DNA of 64,000 nt from the human T2T-CHM13v2.0 reference genome, Homo sapiens. The notes beneath the pieces are model-generated. The model worked only from the letters and a program-made list of their open reading frames with translations, ran no database searches and was not told the DNA's origin. This document shows, piece after piece, positions 42,301 to 54,300 of the stretch; the stretch's first letter is position 1, and each line of letters opens with the position of its first letter. Location: the NCBI RefSeq assembly GCF_009914755.1, contig NC_060935.1; one strand, given 5' to 3'. The position numbers were made by a program, and so were the translations under genes.

Positions 42301-45300
42301 TTTGCATTCAACTCACAGAGTTGAACCTTGCTTTCATAGTTCAGCTTTCAAACACTCTTTTTGTAGAATCTGCAAGTGGATATTTGGACCACTTTGTGGC
42401 CTTCCTTCGAAACGGGTATATCTTCACATCAAACCTAGACAGAAGCATTCTCAGAATGTTTCCTGTGATGACTGCATTCAACTCACAGAGGTGAACAATC
42501 CTGTTGATGGAGCAGTTTTGAAACTCTCTTTCTTTGGATTCTGCAAGTTGATATGTGGACCTCTGTGAAGATTTCGTTGGAAACGGGTTCATCTTCACAG
42601 AAAAACTAAACAGAATCATTCTCAGAAACTGCTTTGTGATGTTTGTGTTCCACTTCAAGAATTGAACTTTCCTCTTGACAGAGCAGCTCTGAAACCCTCT
42701 TTTTCTAGAATCTGCAAGTGGACATTTGGAGGGCTTTGAGGTCTGTGGTGGAAAAGGAAAATCTTCACATAAAAACTAGATGGAAGCATTCTCAGAAACT
42801 ACTTTGTGATGATTGCATTCGACTCACAGAGTTGAACATTCCTATAGATAGAGCAGGTTGTAAACAATCTTTTTGTAGAATCTGCGATTGGAGATTTGGA
42901 CTGCTTTGAGGCCTACTGTAGTAAAGGAAATAACTTCATCTAAAAACCAAACGGAAGCATTCACAGACAATTCTTAGTGATCATTGCATTGAACTAACAG
43001 AGCTGAACATTCCTTTAGATGGAGCAGTTTCCAAACACACTTTTTGGAGAATCTGCAAGTGGATATTTGGACTTCTCTGAGGATTTCGTTGGAAACGGGA
43101 TAAACTTCCCAGAACTACACGGAAGCATTGTGAGAAACTTCTTTGTGATGTTTGCATTCAACTCACAGAGTTGAACCTTGCTTTCATAGTTCAGCTTTCA
43201 AACACTCTTTTTGTAGAATCTGCAAGTGCATATTTGGACCACTTTGTGGCCTTCCTTCGAAACGGGTATATGTTCACATCAAACCTAGACAGAAGCATTC
43301 TCAGAATGTTTCCTGTGAAGACTGCATTCAACTCACAGAGATGAACAATCCTGTTGATGGAGCACTTTGGAAACTCTCTTTCTTGGGATTCTGCAATTTG
43401 ATATGTGGACCTCTGTGAAGATTTCTTTGGAAACGTGTTCATCTTCACAGAAAAACTAAACAGAAGCATTCTCAAAAACTACTTTGTGATGTTTGTGTTC
43501 CACTTCAAGAATTGAACTTTCCTCTTGACAGAGCAGCTCTGAAAACCTCTTTTTCTAGAATCTGCAAGTGGACATTTGGAGGGCTTTGAGGCCTGTGGTG
43601 GAAAAGGAAAATCTTCACATAAAAACTAGATGGAAGCATTCTCAGAAACTACTTTGTGATGATTGCATTCGACTCACAGAGTTGAACATTCCTATAGATA
43701 GAGCAGGTTGTAAACAATCTTTTTGTGGAATCTGCGATTTGAGATTTGGACTGCTTTGAGGCCTACTGTAGTAGAGGAAATAACTTCATCTAAAAACCAA
43801 ACGGAAGCATTCACAGACAATTCTTAGTGATCATTGCATTGAACTAACAGAGCTGAACATTCCTTTAGATGGCGCAGTTTCCAAACACACTTTCTGTAGA
43901 ATCTGCAAGTGGATATTTGGACCTCTCTGTGGATTTCGTTAGAAACGGGATAAACTTCCCAGAACTACACGGAAGCATGCTGAGAAACTTCTTTGTGATG
44001 TTTGCATTCAACTCACAGAGTTGAACCTTGCTTTCATAGTTCAGCTTTCAAACACTCTTTTTGTAGAATCTGCAAGTGGATATTTGGACCACTTTGTGGC
44101 CTTCCTTCGAAACGGGTATATCTTCACATCAAACCTAGACAGAAGCATTCTCAGAATGTTTCCTGTGATGACTGCATTCAACTCACAGAGGTGAACAATC
44201 CTGCTGATGGAGCAATTTTGAAACTCTCTTTCTTTGGATTCTGCAAGTGGATATGTGGACCTCTGTGAAGATTTCGTTGGAAACGGGTTCATCTTCACAG
44301 AAAAACTAAACAGAAGCATTCTCAGAAACTGCTTTGTGATGTTTGTGTTCCACTTCAGGAATTGAACTTTCCTCTTGACAGAGCAGCTCTGAAACCCTCT
44401 TATTCTAGAATCTGCAAGTGGACATTTGGAGGGCTTTGAGGCCTGTGGTGGAAAAGGAAAATCTTCACATAAAAACTAGATGGAAGCATTCTCAGAAACT
44501 ACTTTGTGATGATTGCATTCGACTCACAGAGTTGAACATTCCTATAGATAGAGCAGGTTGTAAACAATCTTTTTCTAGAATCTGCTATTGGAGATTTGGA
44601 CTCCTTTGAGGCCTACTGTAGTAAAGGAAATAACTTCATCTAAAAACCAAACGGAAGCATTCACAGACAATTCTCAGGATCATTGGATTGAACTAACAGA
44701 GCTGAACATTCCTTTAGATGGAGCAGTTTCCAAACACACTTTCTGTAGAATCTGCAAGTGGATATTTGGACTTCTCTGAGAATTTCGTTGGAAAAGGGAT
44801 AAACTTCCCAGAACTACACGGAAGCATTGTGAGAAACTTCTTTGTGATGTTTGCATTCAACTCACAGAGTTGAACCTTGCTTTCATAGTTCAGCTTTCAA
44901 ACACTCTTTTTGTAGAATCTGCAAGTGGATATTTGGACCACTTTGTGGCCTTCCTTCGAAACGGGTATATCTTCACATCAAACCTAGACAGAAGCATTCT
45001 CAGAATGTTTCCTGTGATGACTGCATTCAACTCACAGAGGTGAACAATCCTGCTGATGGAGCAGTTTTGAAACTCTCTTTCTTTGGATTCTGCATGTGGA
45101 TATGTTGACCTCTGTGAAGATTTCGTTGGAAACGGGTTCATCTTCACAGAAAAACTAAACAGGAGCATTCTCAGAAACTGCTTTGTGATGTTTGTGTTCC
45201 ACTTCAAGAATTGAACTTTCCTCTTGACAGAGCAGCTCTGAAACCCTCTTTTTCTAGAATCTGCAAGTGGACATTTGGAAGGATTTGAGGCCTGTGGTGG

Positions 45301-48300
45301 AAAAGGAAAATCTTCACATAAAAACTAGATGGAAGCATTCTCAGAAACTACTTTGTGATGATTGCATTCGACTCACAGAGTTGAACATTCCTATAGATAG
45401 AGCAGGTTGTAAACAATCTTTTTGTAGAATCTGCGATTGGAGATTTGGACTGCTTTGAGGCCTACTGTAGTAAAGGAAATTACTTCATCTAAAAACGAAA
45501 CGGAAGCATTCACAGACAATTCTTAGTGATCATTGGATTGAACTAACAGAGCTGAACACTCCTTTAGATGGAGCAGTTTCCAAACCCACTTTCTGTAGAA
45601 TCTGCAAGTGGATATTTGGACTTCTCTGAGGATTTCGTTGGAAACGGGATAAACTTCCCAGAACTACACGGAAGCATTGTGAGAAACTTCTTTGTGATGT
45701 TTGCATTCAACTCACAGAGTTGAACCTTGTTTTCATAGTTCAGCTTTCAAACACTCTTTTTGTAGAATCTGCAAGTGGATATTTGGACCACTTTGTGGCC
45801 TTCCTTCGAAACGGGTATATCTTCACATCAAACCTAGACATAAGCATTCTCAGAATGTTTCCTGTGAAGACTGCATTCAACTCACAGAGATGAACAATCC
45901 TGTTGATGGAGCACTTTGGAAACTCTCTTTCTTTGGATTCTGCAAGTTGATATGTGGACCTCTGTGAAGATTTCGTTGGAAACGGGTTCATCTTCACAGA
46001 AAAACTAAACAGAAGCATTCTCAAAAACTACTTTGTGATGTTTGTGTTCCACTTCAAGAATTGAACTTTCCTCTTGACAGAGCAGTTCTGAAAACCTCTT
46101 TTTCTAGAATCTGCAAGTGGACATTTGGAGGGCTTTGAGGCCTGTGGTGGAAAAGGAAAATCTTCACATAAAAACTAGATGGAAGCATTCTCAGAAACTA
46201 CTTTGTGATGATTGCATTCGACTCACAGAGTTGAACATTCCTATAGATAGAGCAGGTTGTAAACAATCTTTTTGTAGAATCTGCGATTGGAGATTCGGAC
46301 TGCTTTGAGGCCTACTGTAGTAAAGGAAATAACTTCATCTAAAAACCAAACGGAAGCATTCACAGACAATTCTTAGTGATCATTGCATTGAACTAACAGA
46401 GCTGAACATTCCTTTACATGGCGCAGTTTCCAAACACACTTTCTGTAGAATCTGCAAGTGGATATTTGGACCTCTCTGAGGATTTCGTTGGAAACGGGAT
46501 AAACTTCCCAGAACTACACGGAAGCATGCTGAGAAACTTCTTTGTGATGTTTGCATTCAACTCACAGAGTTGAACCTTGCTTTCATAGTTCAGCTTTCAA
46601 ACACTCTTTTTGTAGAATCTGCAAGTGGATATTTGGACCACTTTATGGCCTTCCTTCGAAACGGGTATATCTTCACATCAAACCTAGACAGAAGCATTCT
46701 CAGAATGTTTCCTGTGAAGACTGCATTCAACTCACAGAGATGAACAATCCTGTTGATGGAGCACTTTGGAAACTCTCTTTCTTGGGATTCTGCAAGTTGA
46801 TATGTGGACCTCTGTGAAGATTTCTTTGGAAACGTGTTCATCTTCACAGAAAAACTAAACAGAAGCATTCTCAAAAACTACTTTGTGATGTTTGTGTTCC
46901 ACTTCAAGAATTGAACTTTCCTCTTGACAGAGCAGCTCTGAAAACCTCTTTTTCTAGAATCTGCAAGTGGACATTTGGAGGGCTTTGAGGCCTGTGGTGG
47001 AAAAGGAAAATCTTCACATAAAAACTAGATGGAAGCATTCTCAGAAACTACTTTGTGATGATTGCATTCGACTCACAGAGTTGAACATTCCTATAGATAG
47101 AGCAGGTTGTAAACAATCTTTTTGTAGAATCTGCGATTGGAGATTTGGACTGCTTTGAGGCCTACTGTAGTAGAGGAAATAACTTCATCTAAAAACCAAA
47201 CGGAAGCATTCACAGACAATTCTTAGTGATCATTGCATTGAACTAACAGAGCTGAACATTCCTTTAGATGGCGCAGTTTCCAAACACACTTTCTGTAGAA
47301 TCTGCAAGTGGATATTTGGACCTCTCTGAGGATTTCGTTAGAAACGGGATAAACTTCCCAGAACTACACGGAAGCATGCTGAGAAACTTCTTTGTGATGT
47401 TTGCATTCAACTCACAGAGTTGAACCTTGCTTTCATAGTTCAGCTTTCAAACACTCTTTTTGTAGAATCTGCAAGTGGATATTTGGACCACTTTGTGGCC
47501 TTCCTTCGAAACGGGTATATCTTCACATCAAACCTAGACAGAAGCATTCTCAGAATGTTTCCTGTGATGACTGCATTCAACTCACAGAGGTGAACAATCC
47601 TGCTGATGGAGCAATTTTGAAACTCTCTTTCTTTGGATTCTGCAAGTGGATATGTGGACCTCTGTGAAGATTTCGTTGGAAACGGGTTCATCTTCACAGA
47701 AAAACTAAACAGAAGCATTCTCAGAAACTGCTTTGTGATGTTTGTGTTCCACTTCAGGAATTGAACTTTCCTCTTGACAGAGCAGCTCTGAAACCCTCTT
47801 ATTCTAGAATCTGCAAGTGGACATTTGGAGGGCTTTGAGGCCTGTGGTGGAAAAGGAAAATCTTCACATAAAAACTAGATGGAAGCATTCTCAGAAACTA
47901 CTTTGTGATGATTGCATTCGACTCACAGAGTTGAACATTCCTATAGATAGAGCAGGTTGTAAACAATCTTTTTGTAGAATCTGCGATTGGAGATTTGGAC
48001 TGCTTTGAGTCCTACTGTAGTAAAGGAAATAACTTCATCTAAAAACCAAACGGAAGCATTCACAGACAATTCTTAGTGATCATTGCATTGAACTAACAGA
48101 GCTGAACATTCCTTTAGATGGAGCAGTTTCCAAACACACTTTCTGTAGAACCTGCAAGTGGATATTTGGACCTCTCTGAGGATTTCGTTGGAAACGGGAT
48201 AAACTTCCCAGAACTACACGGAAGCATTGTGAGAAACTTCTTTGTGATGTTTGCATTCAACTCACAGAGTTGAACCTTGCTTTCATAGTTCAGCTTTCAA

Positions 48301-51300
48301 ACACTCTTTTTGTAGAATCTGCAAGTGGATATTTGGACCACTTTGTGGCCTTCCGTCGAAACGGGTATATCTTCACATCAAACCTAGACAGAAGCATTCT
48401 CAGAATGTTTCCTGTGATGACTGCATTCAACTCACAGAGGTGAACAATCCTGCTGATGGAGCAGTTTTGAAACTCTCTTTCTTTGGATTCTGCAAGTGGA
48501 TATGTGGACCTCTGTGAAGATTTCGTTGGAAACGGGTTCATCTTCACAGAAAAACTAAACAGAAACATTCTCACAAACTGCTTTGTGATGTTTGTGTTCC
48601 ACTTCAGGAATTGAACTTTCCTCTTGACAGAGCAGCTCTGAAACCCTCTTATTCTAGAATCTGCAAGTGGACATTTGGAGGGCTTTGAGGCCTGTGGTGG
48701 AAAAGGAAAATCTTCACATAAAAACTAGATGGAAGCATTCTCAGAAACTACTTTGTGATGATTGCATTCGACTCACAGATTTGAACATTCCTATAGATAG
48801 AGCAGGTTGTAAACAATCTTTTTGTAGAATCTGCGATTGGAGATTTGGACTGCTTTGAGGCCTACTGTAGTAAAGGAAATAACTTCATCTAAAAACCAAA
48901 CGGAAGCATTCACAGACAATTCTTAGTGATCATTGGATTGAACTAACAGAGCTGAACGTTCCTTTACATGGCGCAGTTTCCAAACACACTTTCTGTAGAA
49001 TCTGCAAGTGGATATTTGGACTTCTCTGAGGATTTCGTTGGAAACGGGATAAACTTCCCAGAACTACACGGAAGCATTGTGAGAAACTTCTTTGTGATGT
49101 TTGCATTCAACCCACAGAGTTGAAACTTGCTTTCATAGTTCAGCTTTCAAACACTCTTTTTGTAGAATCTGCAAGTGGATATTTGGACCAATTTTGGGCT
49201 TCCTTCGAAACGGGTATATCTTCACATCAAACCTAGACAGAAACATTCTCAGAATGTTTCCTGTGATGACTGCATTCAACTCACAGAGGTGAACAATCCT
49301 GCTGATGGAGCAGTTTTGAAACTCTCTTTCTTTGGATTCTGCAAGTGGATATGTGGACCTCTGTGAAGATTTAGTTGGAAACGTGTTCATCTTCACAGAA
49401 AAACTAAACAGGAGCATTCTCAGAAACTGCTTTGTGATGTTTGTGTTCCACTTCAAGAATTGAACTTTCCTCTTGACAGAGCAGCTCTGAAACCCTATTT
49501 TTCTAGAATATGCAAGTGGACATTTGGAGGGCCTTGAGGCCTGTGGTGGAAAAGGAAAATCTTCACATAAAAACTAGATGGAAGCATTCTCAGAAACTAC
49601 TTTGTGATGATTGCATTCGACGCACAGAGTTGAACATTCCTATAGATAGAGCAGGTTGTAAACAATCTTTTTGTAGAATCTGCGATTGGAGATTTGGACT
49701 GCTTTGAGGCCTACTGTAGTAAAGGAAATAACTTCATCTAAAAACCAAACGGAAGCATTCACAGACAATTCTTAGTGATCATTGCATTGAACTAACAGAG
49801 CTGAACATTCCTTTAGATGGAGCAGTTTCCAAACCCACTTTCTGTAGAATCTGCAAGTGGATATTTGGACTTCTCTGAGGATTTCGTTGGAAACGGGATA
49901 AAATTCCCAGAACTACACGGAAGCATTCTGAGAAACTTCTTTGTAATGTTTGCATTCAACTCACAGAGTTGAACCTTGCTTTCATAGTTCAGCTTTCAAA
50001 CACTCTTTTTGTACAATCTGCAAGTGGATATTTGGACCACTTTGTGGCCTTCCTTCGAAACGGGTATATCTTCATATCAAACCTAGACAGAAGCATTCTC
50101 AGAATGTTTCCTGTGATGACTGCATTCAACTCACAGAGGTGAACAATCCTGCTGATGGAGCAGTTTTGAAACTCTCTTTCTTTGGATTCTGCAAGTGGAT
50201 ATGTGGACCTCTGTGAAGATTTCGTTGGAAACGGGTTCATCTTCACAGAAAAACTAAACAGGAGCATTCTCAGAAAGTGCTTTGTGATGTTTGTGTTCCA
50301 CTTCAGGAATTGAACTTTCCTCTTGACAGAGCAGCTCTGAAACCCTCTTATTCTAGAATCTGCAAGTGGACATTTGGAGGGCTTTGAGGCCTGTGGTGGA
50401 AAAGGAATATCTTCACATAAAAACTAGATGGAAGCATTCTCAGAAACTACTTTGTGATGATTGCATTCGACTCACAGAGTTGAACATTCCTATAGATAGA
50501 GCAGGTTGTAAACAATCTTTTTGTAGAATCTGCGATTGGAGATTTGGACTGCTTTGAGTCCTACTGTAGTAAAGGAAATAACTTCATCTAAAAACCAAAC
50601 GGAAGCATTCACAGACAATTCTTAGTGATCATTGCATTGAACTAACAGAGCTGAACATTCCTTTAGATGGAGCAGTTTCCAAACACACTTTCTGTAGAAC
50701 CTGCAAGTGGATATTTGGACCTCTCTGAGGATTTCGTTGGAAACGGGATAAACTTCCCAGAACTACACGGAAGCATTGTGAGAAACTTCTTTGTGATGTT
50801 TGCATTCAACTCACAGAGTTGAACCTTGCTTTCATAGTTCAGCTTTCAAACACTCTTTTTGTAGAATCTGCAAGTGGATATTTGGACCACTTTGTGGCCT
50901 TCCGTCGAAACGGGTATATCTTCACATCAAACCTAGACAGAAGCATTCTCAGAATGTTTCCTGTGATGACTGCATTCAACTCACAGAGGTGAACAATCCT
51001 GCTGATGGAGCAGTTTTGAAACTCTCTTTCTTTGGATTCTGCAAGTGGATATGTGGACCTCTGTGAAGATTTCGTTGGAAACGGGTTCATCTTCACAGAA
51101 AAACTAAACAGAAACATTCTCACAAACTGCTTTGTGATGTTTGTGTTCCACTTCAGGAATTGAACTTTCCTCTTGAAAGAGCAGCTCTAAAACCCTCTTA
51201 TTCTAGAATCTGCAAGTGGACATTTGGAGGGCTTTGAGGCCTGTGGTGGAAAAGGAAAATCTTCACATAAAAACTAGATGGAAGCATTCTCAGAAACTAC

Positions 51301-54300
51301 TTTGTGATGATTGCATTCGACTCACAGATTTGAACATTCCTATAGATAGAGCAGGTTGTAAACAATCTTTTTGTAGAATCTGCGATTGGAGATTTGGACT
51401 GCTTTGAGGCCTACTGTAGTAAAGGAAATAACTTCATCTAAAAACCAAACGGAAGCATTCACAGACAATTCTTAGTGATCATTGGATTGAACTAACAGAG
51501 CTGAACGTTCCTTTACATGGCGCAGTTTCCAAACACACTTTCTGTAGAATCTGCAAGTGGATATTTGGACTTCTCTGAGGATTTCGTTGGAAACGGGATA
51601 AACTTCCCAGAACTACACGGAAGCATTGTGAGAAACTTCTTTGTGATGTTTGCATTCAACCCACAGAGTTGAAACTTGCTTTCATAGTTCAGCTTTCAAA
51701 CACTCTTTTTGTAGAATCTGCAAGTGGATATTTGGACCAATTTTGGGCTTCCTTCGAAACGGGTATATCTTCACATCAAACCTAGACAGAAACATTCTCA
51801 GAATGTTTCCTGTGATGACTGCATTCAACTCACAGAGGTGAACAATCCTGCTGATGGAGCAGTTTTGAAACTCTCTTTCTTTGGATTCTGCAAGTGGATA
51901 TGTGGACCTCTGTGAAGATTTAGTTGGAAACGTGTTCATCTTCACAGAAAAACTAAACAGGAGCATTCTCAGAAACTGCTTTGTGATGTTTGTGTTCCAC
52001 TTCAAGAATTGAACTTTCCTCTTGACAGAGCAGCTCTGAAACCCTATTTTTCTAGAATATGCAAGTGGACATTTGGAGGGCCTTGAGGCCTGTGGTGGAA
52101 AAGGAAAATCTTCACATAAAAACTAGATGGAAGCATTCTCAGAAACTACTTTGTGATGATTGCATTCGACGCACAGAGTTGAACATTCCTATAGATAGAG
52201 CAGGTTGTAAACAATCTTTTTGTAGAATCTGCGATTGGAGATTTGGACTGCTTTGAGGCCTACTGTAGTAAAGGAAATAACTTCATCTAAAAACCAAACG
52301 GAAGCATTCACAGACAATTCTTAGTGATCATTGCATTGAACTAACAGAGCTGAACATTCCTTTAGATGGAGCAGTTTCCAAACCCACTTTCTGTAGAATC
52401 TGCAAGTGGATATTTGGACTTCTCTGAGGATTTCGTTGGAAACGGGATAAAATTCCCAGAACTACACGGAAGCATTCTGAGAAACTTCTTTGTAATGTTT
52501 GCATTCAACTCACAGAGTTGAACCTTGCTTTCATAGTTCAGCTTTCAAACACTCTTTTTTTACAATCTGCAAGTGGATATTTGGACCACTTTGTGGCCTT
52601 CCTTCGAAACGGGTATATCTTCATATCAAACCTAGACAGAAGCATTCTCAGAATGTTTCCTGTGATGACTGCATTCAACTCACAGAGGTGAACAATCCTG
52701 CTGATGGAGCAGTTTTGAAACTCTCTTTCTTTGGATTCTGCAAGTGGATATGTGGACCTCTGTGAAGATTTCGTTGGAAACGGGTTCATCTTCACAGAAA
52801 AACTAAACAGGAGCATTCTCAGAAAGTGCTTTGTGATGTTTGTGTTCCACTTCAGGAATTGAACTTTCCTCTTGACAGAGCAGCTCTGAAACCCTCTTTT
52901 TCTAGAATCTGCAAGTGGACATTTGGAGGGCTTTGAGGCCTGTGGTGGAAAAGGAAAATCTTCACATAAAAACTAGATGGAAGCATTCTCAGAAACTACT
53001 TTGTGATGATTGCATTCGACTCACAGAGTTGAACATTCCTATAGATAGAGCAGGTTGTAAACAATCTTTTTGTAGAATCTGCGATTGGAGATTTGGACTG
53101 CTTTGAGGCCTACTGTAGTAGAGGAAATAACTTCATCTAAAAACCAAACGGAAGCATTCACAGACAATTCTTAGTGATCATTGCATTGAACTAACAGAGC
53201 TGAACATTCCTTTAGATGGAGCAGTTTCCAAACACACTTTCTGTAGAATCTGCAAGTGGATATTTGGACTTCTCTGAGGATTTCGTTAGAAACGGGATAA
53301 ACTTCCCAGAACTACACGGAAGCATTCTGAGAAACTTCTTTGTGATGTTTGCATTCAACTCACAGAGTTGAACCTTGCTTTCATAGTTCAGCTTTCAAAC
53401 ACTCTTTTTGTAGAATCTGCAAGTGGATATTTGGACCACTTTGTGGCCTTCCTTCGAAACGGGTATATCTTCACATCAAACCTAGACAGAAGCATTCTCA
53501 GAATGTTTCCTGTGATGACTGCATTCAACTCACAGAGGTGAACAATCCTGTTGATGGAGCAGTTTTGAAACTCTCTTTCTTTGGATTCTGCAAGTTGATA
53601 TGTGGACCTCTGTGAAGATTTCGTTGGAAACGGGTTCATCTTCACAGAAAAACTAAACAGAATCATTCTCAGAAACTGCTTTGTGATGTTTGTGTTCCAC
53701 TTCAAGAATTGAACTTTCCTCTTGACAGAGCAGCTCTGAAACCCTCTTTTTCTAGAATCTGCAAGTGGACATTTGGAGGGCTTTGAGGTCTGTGGTGGAA
53801 AAGGAAAATCTTCACATAAAAACTAGATGGAAGCATTCTCAGAAACTACTTTGTGATGATTGCATTCGACTCACAGAGTTGAACATTCCTATAGATAGAG
53901 CAGGTTGTAAACAATCTTTTTGTAGAATCTGCGATTGGAGATTTGGACTGCTTTGAGGCCTACTGTAGTAAAGGAAATAACTTCATCTAAAAACCAAATG
54001 GAAGCATTCACAGACAATTCTTAGTGATCATTGCATTGAACTAACAGAGCTGAACATTCCTTTAGATGGAGCAGTTTCCAAACACACTTTTTGGAGAATC
54101 TGCAAGTGGATATTTGGACTTCTCTGAGGATTTCGTTGGAAACGGGATAAACTTCCCAGAACTACACGGAAGCATTGTGAGAAACTTCTTTGTGATGTTT
54201 GCATTCAACTCACAGAGTTGAACCTTGCTTTCATAGTTCAGCTTTCAAACACTCTTTTTGTAGAATCTGCAAGTGCATATTTGGACCACTTTGTGGCCTT

